DNA of 64,000 nt from Candidatus Bipolaricaulota bacterium. Its GTDB lineage: Bacteria; Bipolaricaulota; Bipolaricaulia; Bipolaricaulales; Bipolaricaulaceae. The notes under the pieces were generated by a model, which saw nothing but the letters and a program-made list of their open reading frames with translations, made no database searches and was not told the origin of the DNA. The position numbers were made by a program, and so were the translations under genes. How positions within the stretch are numbered: position 1 is the stretch's first letter; every line of letters starts with the position of its first letter. The stretch is from the NCBI GenBank assembly GCA_025060555.1, contig JANXBC010000001.1, positions 8,904 through 72,903 on the forward strand, in the 5' to 3' direction. Below, one piece after another: positions 1 to 9,573 of the stretch.

Positions 1-1
1 G

Positions 2-2020
2 CATGAAGAGTGTCTGGCTGGGGTTTTATCCCCTGAGGCCCTGCTCTTTCCCCAACCTTTGGCGCTGGCCAGCACATGGGAACCAAAGCTTGTCGAGGAG
101 ATGGCGAATTTCATACGTGACCAACTGCTTGCCTTGGGCGTACGACACGGTTTAGCTCCCGTCTTGGATGTGGTCAGGGACCCACGCTGGGGAAGAGTCG
201 AAGAGACCTTTGGGGAAGATGCTCACCTTGGCGCCACCATGGGCACAGCTTACGTGCGGGGTCTGCAAGGCCAGAACATCAAAAACGGGGTAATGGCTAC
301 CCTGAAGCACTTCGCGGGCCACGGAGCTTCTGAAGCTGGGAAAAATTGTGCTCCGTCGCACATTCCCGAGCGCGAACTACGGGAGGTGTTCCTTTTCCCC
401 TTCGAATGTGCGGCCTGTGCAGGAGGCGCTTTGGCCGTAATGCCCGCCTATAACGAAATCGATGGTGTACCCTGCACAGGCTCCACCTTTCTCCTCAGCG
501 AGATTCTTCGTGACAGCTGGAAATTTTCAGGTATAGTGGTCTCGGACTACTTCGCTGTGGAAATGCTCTGGTCTTTGCACCGGGTGGCGCGAAATCGCGA
601 GCACGCAGCGCAGCTTGCTCTAGCAGCCGGTGTGGATCTGGAACTGCCCCACGTTCAATGCTTCGGGGAATCACTAGAGCGCGTGGTCAAGGAAGGCAGT
701 GTTCCGGTCGATTTGATCGACCACGCGGTTTTCCGCGTACTTCGCATAAAGTTCCTGCTCGGCCTTTTTGAAAACCCCTTTGTTGAACCTGAGGTTACAA
801 AAAAGGTTTTTTCCCCAAGGAAATACGAGGAGGGGCAGAAATTAGCTCGAGAAATTGTAAGAAAATCCATAATCCTGCTGAAAAACGATGGAATCCTCCC
901 GCTTTCCCCGACAATACGAAAAATAGCTGTCATTGGGCCCAGTGCCGATGACCCGCGAAACTATCTGGGCGATTACCATTTTCCCGCTCACGCGGAAAGA
1001 TTTGACGCCCCGGCGTTGTTTCGCGTGAGCACCGTCCTTCGGTCGTTTGAGAAGCGACTTGGTCCAAATGTAGAGATAATCTATGCCAAAGGTTGCGACG
1101 TTGCCGACCAAAGGATGGCAAGCTTTACAGAGGCTGTAGCTGCCGCCCGTGCTTCTGAGGTGGCCATCGTTGTTGTGGGGGATCGCTCCGGACTTTCCCC
1201 CCTTTGCACAGTTGGCGAATCCCGCGATGCCGCTAATCTCCGGCTTCCCGGGGCTCAAGAAAAACTAGTGCAAGCGATCGCAGAAACGGGTACCCCAGTG
1301 ATATTGGTGCTGCTCATCGGTCGTCCTTACGTTCTTACGAGCATCATCCCTCAGGTTCGGGCAGCTTTAGTCGTGTGGCTACCCGGCGAGATGGGGGGAG
1401 AAGCTATCGTGGACGTTATTCTTGGTGATCACAATCCGGGCGGAAAACTTCCTGTGACCTTTCCCCGCAGCCCTGGCCAGATACCAATCTATTACCGCCA
1501 CAAACCATCTGGTAGCCGTTCTCATCCCCATGGGGATTACGTAGATGAAAAATCTAGTCCCCTTTTCCCCTTTGGCTACGGCCTCTCCTACACGGAGTTT
1601 CAGTACTCTGATCTGAGGATCGAGCCCAAAGAAGTGCCTGCTGAGGGGGAGATTCGCGTAAGTTTTATATTGAAAAATGTGGGGGAAAGGGCAGGGGAAG
1701 AAGTGGTGCAACTTTACATTGGTCAAGAGGGGCGAAGCGTCACGCGACCAATAAAAGAACTGAAAGGATTCGCTCGTGTTGCCCTCAAACCAGGCGAAGC
1801 TAAACTCATTTCTTTCATTATTCCTATGGATATCCTCGCTTTTTACGACCAGAAGATGAACCTAGTTATTGAACCGGGGGCGATTACAATAATGATCGGC
1901 AGTTCATCAGAAGATATCAGGCTTACCGGCACAGTCGTTGTTCGCGGAAGCCGGAGGATCAAGCCCGGGGAACGCAAGTATTTTGGGGAGGTTATCGTTG
2001 GCGCGGACCAAAAAGGGTAA
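2..2020 (+). CDS. Glycoside hydrolase family 3 beta-glucosidase/beta-xylosidase; 5' end lies upstream of the window
   Basis: The frame is open from base 2. GH3-type motifs KHFAGHG and GIVVSDYFAV are present, followed by a C-terminal Fn3-like tail. Length and order fit BglX-like enzymes. Confidence 0.9.
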   Translation, partial: HEECLAGVLSPEALLFPQPLALASTWEPKLVEEMANFIRDQLLALGVRHGLAPVLDVVRDPRWGRVEETFGEDAHLGATMGTAYVRGLQGQNIKNGVMATLKHFAGHGASEAGKNCAPSHIPERELREVFLFPFECAACAGGALAVMPAYNEIDGVPCTGSTFLLSEILRDSWKFSGIVVSDYFAVEMLWSLHRVARNREHAAQLALAAGVDLELPHVQCFGESLERVVKEGSVPVDLIDHAVFRVLRIKFLLGLFENPFVEPEVTKKVFSPRKYEEGQKLAREIVRKSIILLKNDGILPLSPTIRKIAVIGPSADDPRNYLGDYHFPAHAERFDAPALFRVSTVLRSFEKRLGPNVEIIYAKGCDVADQRMASFTEAVAAARASEVAIVVVGDRSGLSPLCTVGESRDAANLRLPGAQEKLVQAIAETGTPVILVLLIGRPYVLTSIIPQVRAALVVWLPGEMGGEAIVDVILGDHNPGGKLPVTFPRSPGQIPIYYRHKPSGSRSHPHGDYVDEKSSPLFPFGYGLSYTEFQYSDLRIEPKEVPAEGEIRVSFILKNVGERAGEEVVQLYIGQEGRSVTRPIKELKGFARVALKPGEAKLISFIIPMDILAFYDQKMNLVIEPGAITIMIGSSSEDIRLTGTVVVRGSRRIKPGERKYFGEVIVGADQKG

Positions 2021-2747
2021 CGCTTCCAAAAAAGCGAGTCTAAAGGCCATTCCGCGGTCGCAAAAGGTTGTTTACGCCATAGTTCAGCGGATGCGGGAGG
2101 CTATGGATCAAGGGAAACTCCGCCGTGGCGATCAGCTTCCCTCGGAATCGGAGCTTTGCAAGGAGCTTGGGGTTTCACGGGTTGCTGTGCGGGAGGCCTT
2201 AAAGATTTTGGAGGCCCTCGGCGCCGTGGAAATTCGCCACGGCAGCGGTACGTTCATCCCCGAGCACCCTCGCCCTCCCGTCATCGACCCTCTGCAGTTC
2301 TTGCTCTCCCTTGGAGATGCTGATCCCGAACACGTCAAAGAGCTCAGATTTATGGTGGAACTGGGTTTTTCCCGCATCGCTCAGCGGAAAATCACTGAAG
2401 CCGAGATCAAAAAGCTCGAAGAAAACCTAAACGCCTTGCGAAAAGCGTCGGAGAAAAAACACGTCACCTTGGATTTAGACCTAGAATTTCACTATCTCAT
2501 TTTGGAAGCCACACGAAACCCTTTGATCATTCAGCTAGGCAAAGCAATCCTTGGGCTATTCCACGACTCCATTGAAGCGGGCATCAGGGAACATCCCGAA
2601 GCTCCGGTGATCCACCACACCCTAATTTTCGAAGCCATGAAATCGCGGGACCCCCAAAAGTTAGAGGAAGCTTTGCTCGAGAGCTATCGCTATTGGCAAG
2701 AGCATTTGAGGCCAACGCGCAAAAGAGAGGGCAAGGATGAGAAATAG
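1938..2747 (+). CDS. GntR/FadR-family transcriptional regulator (wHTH plus FCD domain); true start probably an in-frame TTG near 1983-1998
   Basis: N-terminal GDQLPSESELCKELGVSRVAVREALKILE winged-helix signature and a C-terminal all-helical FCD-like domain. The listed start overlaps the GH3 stop. Confidence 0.85.
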   Translation: MFAEAGGSSPGNASILGRLSLARTKKGNASKKASLKAIPRSQKVVYAIVQRMREAMDQGKLRRGDQLPSESELCKELGVSRVAVREALKILEALGAVEIRHGSGTFIPEHPRPPVIDPLQFLLSLGDADPEHVKELRFMVELGFSRIAQRKITEAEIKKLEENLNALRKASEKKHVTLDLDLEFHYLILEATRNPLIIQLGKAILGLFHDSIEAGIREHPEAPVIHHTLIFEAMKSRDPQKLEEALLESYRYWQEHLRPTRKREGKDEK

Positions 2748-2898
2748 CGCGGAGATTTGGGCGTTTGGCCCTAATGGTACGCGGTTCATGCCAGGTGGTT
2801 ATCATCCCGAAACACAAAAAGAATCGGTGGTGGAGCGCGCAAAGCGCGCTTTGGATGGTTTGAACGTGGATGGCTTTGAGCTAAAGGGGAAACAATGA
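2737..2898 (+). pseudogene. 53-aa stub resembling the N-terminus of a xylose-isomerase-like TIM-barrel sugar isomerase (L-rhamnose isomerase type); likely a gene remnant
   Basis: Manual translation gives MRNSAEIWAFGPNGTRFMPGGYHPETQKESVVERAKRALDGLNVDGFELKGKQ*. The W..G..GTRF..G motif is typical of the N-terminus of these isomerases. The stop overlaps the xylB ATG (ATGA). Confidence 0.35.
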
Positions 2899-4409
2899 CA
2901 GCGGAGCTCCTCATAGGACTGGATATCGGGACCACTGGGGCGAAAGGGCTTCTTGTGTCATTGGATGGGCGAATAGTGGGGAGAAGTTTCGCTGAATACC
3001 CTCTATATACGCCACGTCCGGGCTGGTGCGAACAGATGCCTGATGATTGGTGGGGGGCGGCAGTAAAGGTTCTTAGGGAACTTGCCATCAACGCTTCGGG
3101 AGAAATCGCCGCCATCGGCCTCACCGGACAGATGCATGGCGCCGTGTTTTTGGATGGGAAACTCGAGGTTATCCGGCCTGCCATCTTATGGAATGATGCT
3201 CGTACGGGGCGTGAGTGTGCGGAAATCGAACACATTGTGGGGAAGGAATATCTGCGCAAAATCACGGGAAATCCAGCTTTGGCTGGTTTTCAAGCTCCCA
3301 AAATTCTGTGGTTAAGAAAACATGAGCCGGAAAACTACAAAAGAGTTGGGGCTGTGGTTCTTCCGAAGGACTACGTACGCCTCAAATTGACCGGAGACCT
3401 TGCCACTGATGTCTCTGATGCTTCCGGGACCCTGCTTTTGGACTTAGCTAAAAGGGATTGGTCAAACGAGATCCTCACAGCCCTTGACATCCCAAGGGAG
3501 TGGCTCCCCCAGACCTACGAAAGCCCGGAGGTTACCGGGAAGATCTCCAAGGAGGCGGAAAGGCTGACAGGAATACCGTGTGGGACGCCGGTGGTGGCGG
3601 GAGCGGGTGATAACGCCGCCTCCGCTGTCGGTGCGGGCGTGGTTAAAGATGGGACGGGGTTGGTCTCATTAGGATCATCAGGGGTGGTGTTTGTTCATTT
3701 GGACGAGCCGCGACCAGATCCAGCCGGAGCGATTCATTGTTTTTGCCATGCGGTGCCGGGGAAATATCACCTCATGGGCGTGATCCTCTCGGCTGGGGCC
3801 TCTCTCCGCTGGTTCCGCGATGTCTTGGGCTCCGAGGAAAAGGAGGTGGGGAGTCGAACGGGCCTTGACCCATACGAGCTCTTTACGCGGGAGGCGGAAT
3901 TTGCCCCCCCTGGAGCGGACGGGCTTTTTTTCCTCCCCTATCTCTCAGGCGAGCGCACTCCCCACATGGATCCGGCCGCGCGAGGGGCTTGGATTGGCCT
4001 TTCCCTTGCCCATCGCCGCCCCCATCTTGTGCGCGCACTTTTGGAAGGGGTCGCCTTTGCCCTAAAAGACGCCTTTGTGCGCATCCAGCGTTTGGGCCCG
4101 GACCCGCGGGAACTCCGCGCCGTAGGTGGAGGGATGCGAAGTTCCCTTTGGCGCACGGTCATCGCCTCTGTTTTGGAGGTCCCGTTACGACGTCTGGCAG
4201 TGGAGGAAGGAGCCGCCTATGGAGCTGCGCTCTTGGCCGGTGTTGGAGCAAAGCTTTACAATGACGTCTACGAAGCCGTGGATAAAGCCGTGAAACTTCA
4301 TGCTGAATGCACTTTACCAGATCCTCGTCTTGTGCAAATCTACCAAAAGATTTACCCCCTTTATGCCCGTCTCTATCCCTCCCTTAAGGCTACGGGGGTT
4401 TTCACATGA
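2895..4409 (+). CDS. xylB: Xylulokinase (FGGY carbohydrate kinase)
   Basis: N-terminal LGLDIGTTGAKG phosphate-1 motif, GAGDNAASAVGAG, FGGY C-domain, 504 aa. Confidence 0.9.
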   Translation: MTAELLIGLDIGTTGAKGLLVSLDGRIVGRSFAEYPLYTPRPGWCEQMPDDWWGAAVKVLRELAINASGEIAAIGLTGQMHGAVFLDGKLEVIRPAILWNDARTGRECAEIEHIVGKEYLRKITGNPALAGFQAPKILWLRKHEPENYKRVGAVVLPKDYVRLKLTGDLATDVSDASGTLLLDLAKRDWSNEILTALDIPREWLPQTYESPEVTGKISKEAERLTGIPCGTPVVAGAGDNAASAVGAGVVKDGTGLVSLGSSGVVFVHLDEPRPDPAGAIHCFCHAVPGKYHLMGVILSAGASLRWFRDVLGSEEKEVGSRTGLDPYELFTREAEFAPPGADGLFFLPYLSGERTPHMDPAARGAWIGLSLAHRRPHLVRALLEGVAFALKDAFVRIQRLGPDPRELRAVGGGMRSSLWRTVIASVLEVPLRRLAVEEGAAYGAALLAGVGAKLYNDVYEAVDKAVKLHAECTLPDPRLVQIYQKIYPLYARLYPSLKATGVFT

Positions 4410-5272
4410 TCGAAAAAATAGCTTTTGGAAGGACAGGCCACCACAGCACGCGCGTGATCTTCGGCGGGTTCGCCTTGTCTAACGCTGACGAGTACCAGGC
4501 TGACAGAACGCTAGAAATCCTTCTTTCCTATGGGATCAATCACATCGACACGGCTCGTGATTACGGAAAATCCGAGGAACTGATCGGTAGGTGGATGCGG
4601 CGCCACCGCGCCGATTTCTTCCTCGCCACAAAAACTTCGGCCAGGACTTACCGGGGAGCCAGGGAGGATATCCTGCGCTCTCTTACGCTTCTTAAAGTAG
4701 AAAACGTGGACCTCCTGCAGCTGCATAACTTAGTGGATCCGAAAGAGTGGGAACAGGCTTTGGCCCCAGGTGGAGCCTTGGAAGCGCTCGTCGAGGCGAA
4801 AGAACAGGGGCTGACACGCTTCCTTGGGATCACTGGGCATGGCCTTATGGCCCCGCACATGCATCGGCAAAGCATCGGCCGTTTCCCGTTTGACTCCGTT
4901 CTCGTCCCTTACAATTGGGTACTTATGCAAATCCCAAGTTATGCCAAGGATTTTCTCGCTCTCTACGAGGAATGCCGCCGCAAGAACATCGCGATTCAGA
5001 CAATCAAAGCCCTGGCGCGCAGACTCTGGCCAGGTCCACCCGCCGGTAACACCTGGTATGAACCGCTACAGGACCAAGAGGATATTACCCGCGCTGTTCA
5101 CTGGGTGTTAGCTAAACCCGGGCTCTTCCTAAACTCTGTTGGTGACCTTGACCTTCTCCCTAAGGTGCTTCAGGCGGCTGCCACCTTCGACCCTGAAAAA
5201 CCACCGCGTGAAGAAGAAATGATGGAAATGGTCAGGCGCTTGGGAATGGAACCGATTTTTTCCCCATCATGA
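4406..5272 (+). CDS. Aldo/keto reductase family oxidoreductase
   Basis: INHIDTARDYGKSEELIG and LQLHN motifs, 288 aa. Shares a 4-nt overlap with xylB. Confidence 0.85.
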   Translation: MIEKIAFGRTGHHSTRVIFGGFALSNADEYQADRTLEILLSYGINHIDTARDYGKSEELIGRWMRRHRADFFLATKTSARTYRGAREDILRSLTLLKVENVDLLQLHNLVDPKEWEQALAPGGALEALVEAKEQGLTRFLGITGHGLMAPHMHRQSIGRFPFDSVLVPYNWVLMQIPSYAKDFLALYEECRRKNIAIQTIKALARRLWPGPPAGNTWYEPLQDQEDITRAVHWVLAKPGLFLNSVGDLDLLPKVLQAAATFDPEKPPREEEMMEMVRRLGMEPIFSPS

Positions 5273-6249
5273 GAAGGATTACGGCGATTCCCCAACTCCT
5301 ACGTAAATTATTTTTAGAGCGCGCCACTGCCGGGATATTCTTGGCTCTTTTGGCAATAATTTTGGTTACTGGCATTGTAAACCCGCGCTTTTTCTCCGCG
5401 TATAACCTGCAAACTTTGGGTCGCCAACTCGTTATTTTTGGATTTCTTGCCATCGGGGAAACATTCGTGATTGTCACGGGCGGGATTGACCTTTCTGTTG
5501 GTTCCTTGACGGCATTGCTTAATGTGCTTTTGGCGCTATTTATGACGCGCGGCTTGGGTACAGCTGGAGGCATATTGGCCACGCTTGCCATTGCCATCGC
5601 TTTTGGTCTTTGGCACGGATTGTTCGTCACAAAACTTAGGGTGCCAGCCTTCATCATAACATTGGGCTCTTTTGTGGGTGCGAAGGGCCTTGCGGCTTTG
5701 ATCACAAAAGGGTGGCCAATAAGCGGTTTGCCAAGCGGTTTTTCTCAGCTGTGGGAGGGAATGATTTTCAGGGTCATCCCTGTCCCAGTGTTGGCATTTG
5801 TGGTTGTTGCGATCTTCGCGCACTTTCTCCTTGGGTACACGGTTTGGGGGCGACATTTGTACGCAATAGGTGGGGATATCGAAGCAGCACGACGCTTCGG
5901 CATCAAGATCGATGCCTTAAGGATCATGGCGTACATCATCAGCGCCTTGTCCGCCGGGGTTGTGGCCCTGTTCATCGCGGCCCGCTTGAACCAAGGAAAC
6001 CCCACGGTGGGGACACTCTACGAAATGTACGCCATCGCCGCGGTCGTGATCGGTGGGGCGAGCCTCTTTGGCGGAGAAGGTTCGATCATCGGCTCCATTG
6101 TTGGCGCCTGCATCATAAGTGTGCTGTGGAATGCCCTGGTTCTTATGCGCGTCTCGGCTTACTGGCATGAAGTAACAGTGGGAGCAATAATCGTAGCCGC
6201 AGTCACAGTGGACATCCTTCGGCGCCGCAGGATCCAACAACCGGGTTGA
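5269..6249 (+). CDS. Sugar ABC transporter permease (CUT2/RbsC-XylH family)
   Basis: Polytopic hydrophobic protein with GGIDLSVGS and GGASLFGGEGSI motifs typical of the RbsC family. Confidence 0.9.
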   Translation: MRRITAIPQLLRKLFLERATAGIFLALLAIILVTGIVNPRFFSAYNLQTLGRQLVIFGFLAIGETFVIVTGGIDLSVGSLTALLNVLLALFMTRGLGTAGGILATLAIAIAFGLWHGLFVTKLRVPAFIITLGSFVGAKGLAALITKGWPISGLPSGFSQLWEGMIFRVIPVPVLAFVVVAIFAHFLLGYTVWGRHLYAIGGDIEAARRFGIKIDALRIMAYIISALSAGVVALFIAARLNQGNPTVGTLYEMYAIAAVVIGGASLFGGEGSIIGSIVGACIISVLWNALVLMRVSAYWHEVTVGAIIVAAVTVDILRRRRIQQPG

Positions 6250-6285
6250 ACTAGCCCAAGTTTTCTTCTCATAAAAGTACACCGC

Positions 6286-6314
6286 TTGACACACGATATA
6301 GAATAGACATAATA
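6286..6314 (+). promoter_or_regulatory. Candidate sigma70 promoter for the substrate-binding-protein gene
   Basis: TTGACA (6286-6291), 17-nt spacer, ATAATA (6309-6314), in an AT-richer intergenic stretch. Confidence 0.4.
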
Positions 6315-6397
6315 CATCATGCCACTTTTAAGAAGGAGGTGACGCTCGGGAAAAGTCGAAAAGTATAGGAAGCTACTTGAACACAGGGGGTGAAACC

Positions 6398-7531
6398 ATG
6401 AGGAGGTGGGCAACGCTTTTAGGGATTTTGGTCATCGGTCTAAGCCTGTTGGGGTTCGGTGCGGAGAAAATTGCCATTGGGGTGCTTGGCAAATGCGTAC
6501 ATCCCTATTGGGACGTGGTTCGGATTGGGGTGGAAGCCGCGGCCGCAAAGCTCCCGGATGTACAGGCCACGTTCTGGGTGCCCTTGATCGAGGATATTCC
6601 CGGACAAATAAGCACCGTCGAGGCGTGGATTGCCGCCAAATATCAAGCCCTTTCCTTGGCGCCTTCTGACCCCGCCGCCATGGCCGGGGTTATCAAGCGC
6701 GCGTTGGAAGCGGGGATCCCTGTGATCACCCATGATACGGACGCCCCAGGAACGGGTCGGTATTTCTACCTCGGAACGGGCAACTACGCCTTCGGCAGAG
6801 CTGCCGGCGAAGCCATGCTCAAACTCTTGGGTGGGCCAGAAGCTGCGCGCGGGAAGAAGGTGGTCATCATCACCGGCTCCTTGACCGCCCTAAACTCGCT
6901 GGAGCGGATCAAAGGGTTCCGCGACGTCGTTGAGCCGGCTGGCGTCATCGTCTTGGACGTCTTAAACGACCGTGAGGATGTTTCCACGGCGATAAGCTTG
7001 GTGGAAGCGGCTATTTCTGCCTACCCTGACCTTGCGGGAATCTATGGGGTCTATGCGGCTAGCACAACCGGCCTTGCCCGTGCGCTAGAGACCGCGGGGA
7101 AAACAGCGCAAATCTTCGGGGTCGGTGTCGACACGATCAAAGAGCACCTCCAGTTCCTGGAGAAAGGTGCGCTGGATACAGTCGTTGGGCAGCGTCAGTA
7201 CTACATGGGCTACCACAGCGTGACCTTGATGCGGGTTGCCGTAAAGTACGGGATGGAGCGGGTGATAGCCGCCCTGGCGACCACGGGAGCCCTGCAGGCC
7301 CAAGGCCTTGGAAAGACGGAGATCCTCAAATTCTTAAGCCCTGTCTTTCCCGCAGAGCTTGTGGATACGATTGGGTTGATCCTTGACACCGGGATTGTCG
7401 TGCGCGTTGGCGGCGCCCCCGACGGCGCTATGTTCTTGGACACGGGCTCAGACGTCGTTACCCGCGAGAATCTAGAGGAGATGTTAGCTACTTGGAAAGC
7501 CATGGGTCTACCCATGGAGCTTTTCCGCTAG
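6398..7531 (+). CDS. Sugar ABC transporter periplasmic substrate-binding protein (PBP1/RbsB-like) with an extra C-terminal ~70 aa
   Basis: Signal peptide MRRWATLLGILVIGLSLLGFG. ATG at 6398 is preceded by GGGGGTGA. PBP1-type alternating fold pattern. Confidence 0.85.
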   Translation: MRRWATLLGILVIGLSLLGFGAEKIAIGVLGKCVHPYWDVVRIGVEAAAAKLPDVQATFWVPLIEDIPGQISTVEAWIAAKYQALSLAPSDPAAMAGVIKRALEAGIPVITHDTDAPGTGRYFYLGTGNYAFGRAAGEAMLKLLGGPEAARGKKVVIITGSLTALNSLERIKGFRDVVEPAGVIVLDVLNDREDVSTAISLVEAAISAYPDLAGIYGVYAASTTGLARALETAGKTAQIFGVGVDTIKEHLQFLEKGALDTVVGQRQYYMGYHSVTLMRVAVKYGMERVIAALATTGALQAQGLGKTEILKFLSPVFPAELVDTIGLILDTGIVVRVGGAPDGAMFLDTGSDVVTRENLEEMLATWKAMGLPMELFR

Positions 7532-7588
7532 AAAAGCGAACGGCAAAGGGGCCCTGTTTCAACCAGGGCCCCTTTACACTTTATCCTG

Positions 7589-8362
7589 ATGGATAACGAG
7601 TTTTTTCTCTTAGCGCGGGATATTCATAAGAGGTTCGGTGCTGTTCAAGCTTTGCGCGGGGTGGATTTCGAGGTGCGCTATGGCGAAGTCGTGGGTCTAG
7701 TCGGTGATAATGGCGCAGGAAAATCCACCCTCATGAAGATTTTGGCCGGGGCCTTGCCCCCAGATCGTGGTGAGATTTGGATCGAGGGCAAACGCGCAAA
7801 TATCTCTTCTCCGCACGATTCCCGCCGATATGGCATCGAGATGGTCTATCAAGATTTGGCCCTCGCAGGCAACCTCGATGCTCCCGCTAATGTTTTCATG
7901 GGGCGAGAAAAAACGCACCGCTTTTGGAAGCTAACGACGCCGGTGCTCCATCGACGGGAAATGGAGAAGGTTACCGGAGAACTTCTTTTGCGCTTAGGCG
8001 TACAGTTGCCAAACCTAAGACAGAGGGTGCGGTACTTGTCAGGTGGGCAGCGCCAAGCTGTGGCTATCGCCCGGACCCTCTTGGCGCAGGCGAAGCTAGT
8101 GATTATGGACGAGCCCACCGCGGCCCTCGGGGTATCGGAAGCAGAACGTGTGCTTGACCTCATCCGTCGTCTCAAAGAGGAAGGTATTTCTGTGGTGTTC
8201 ATCACCCACCGTCTCCCCCATATATTTGCAGTATGCGATAGGATCGTAGTGCTTCGCGCCGGAAAACGTGTTGGTGAGCGCACAACGTGCGAAACCACCA
8301 TGGAAGAAATCACACAGCTTATCGTGGGTGGCAAAACTGACGTGAAATACGAGAGAGAGTAA
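7589..8362 (+). CDS. ABC transporter ATP-binding protein (single NBD, FrcA-like)
   Basis: Walker A GDNGAGKST, signature LSGGQRQ, Walker B LVIMDEP. Confidence 0.9.
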   Translation: MDNEFFLLARDIHKRFGAVQALRGVDFEVRYGEVVGLVGDNGAGKSTLMKILAGALPPDRGEIWIEGKRANISSPHDSRRYGIEMVYQDLALAGNLDAPANVFMGREKTHRFWKLTTPVLHRREMEKVTGELLLRLGVQLPNLRQRVRYLSGGQRQAVAIARTLLAQAKLVIMDEPTAALGVSEAERVLDLIRRLKEEGISVVFITHRLPHIFAVCDRIVVLRAGKRVGERTTCETTMEEITQLIVGGKTDVKYERE

Positions 8363-8490
8363 TAATCCACAAGCCGCTTACCGTTGCCTCTCATGGACTT
8401 ACACGTCTAGTAGCAGTTTTCTCCTTCAAGCCTAACCCTTTCTCTTCCGCATTTGCAACCTAGAATCTTTAGGCACCGGCGGATTAGCTT

Positions 8491-9573
8491 ATGATTCACA
8501 AGATGCCTGGCCGGGGTTGGGAAGAGCTTGTGCGTAGGGTGCAGGAGGAGACGGCTCGCCGCTATCGGGAGAATCTCCTCCGACCTCGCCCGTTTCATTC
8601 TGTTTGGGCACCACTTACTGTCTCGGCTTATGAAGAAGCCCACCAATTGAAGAACACCCTGCTTCAGGAGTGTGCAGGGCGCTCCCTCCTCGATTTCTAT
8701 TCCGGCGAGGTGCACACCACGGAATATGGTCCTGTCCTTTCTCTTTGGGAAACGCCCCCGATCAAGCCCTTTATTCCTGAACGGGAGGTAGGCGAAGCTT
8801 GGATCATGCAGACCCTGCGCCTGTTACATGGGATTGGCAAAGCTACTGAGGCGCGCTTGAAACTCTCCGGCTACGTCACCCTGCGGGACCTCCTTTTTCA
8901 TCCGCGCTGGGCTTGGCAAGTGGAGCGGATCCTGGAGGCTGTGGAGAGACGGGACCTTCATACCCTTAACCATCTGGTAGCTCGTTGGTTTCCCGTGTCC
9001 CATCCCATCGCTCTAGCCCTTCTTGGGTTCGTGAAGCCCGAAGAGATCGTTTTCCTCGACATCGAAACCCTTGGGCTCTACACCGAGGCCGTCATTCTCA
9101 TTGGCCTTGCCTACCCACAAAACGGCGTCCTCCTCGTCAAGCACCTTGTTGTGCGAGAGATTGCTGAGGAGCTCCCGGTTCTCGTCGCTTTGCTCAAAGA
9201 GCTCCAAAGGGCAAAGGCGCTTGTTACCTATAACGGGCGAGCCTTCGATGTCAACTTCATCCAGGCCCGGCTGCGTTATTACGACCTTCCCCATAAAATC
9301 GACCTTCCGAATTTCGATCTCCTCCCGTTCACGCGGCGCTGTTTCCGGGAGTCCCTCCCCAACTGCCGCCTGGAGACCGTGGAGAAAGCCATTTCCGTGG
9401 AGCGCACGATCAACATCCCCAGCGCCCTCGTGCCCGAGTTCTACATGGAATATCTGCGGGAGAAGAACGTTGGGCCGTTGGTGGCCATCATCGAGCACAA
9501 CCGTCAAGATCTTCTTTCCCTCGTTCTTATTTTGCGGAAGCTTTGGGAGGAGTTGGTGATGCGTGGCCTTTGA
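8491..9573 (+). CDS. RNase H-like 3'-5' exonuclease domain protein (YprB/MrfB-like)
   Basis: VFLDIETLGL (Exo I-like), TYNGRAFDVNF and HNRQDLLSL motifs. Lies immediately upstream of a YprA-like helicase. Confidence 0.75.
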   Translation: MIHKMPGRGWEELVRRVQEETARRYRENLLRPRPFHSVWAPLTVSAYEEAHQLKNTLLQECAGRSLLDFYSGEVHTTEYGPVLSLWETPPIKPFIPEREVGEAWIMQTLRLLHGIGKATEARLKLSGYVTLRDLLFHPRWAWQVERILEAVERRDLHTLNHLVARWFPVSHPIALALLGFVKPEEIVFLDIETLGLYTEAVILIGLAYPQNGVLLVKHLVVREIAEELPVLVALLKELQRAKALVTYNGRAFDVNFIQARLRYYDLPHKIDLPNFDLLPFTRRCFRESLPNCRLETVEKAISVERTINIPSALVPEFYMEYLREKNVGPLVAIIEHNRQDLLSLVLILRKLWEELVMRGL

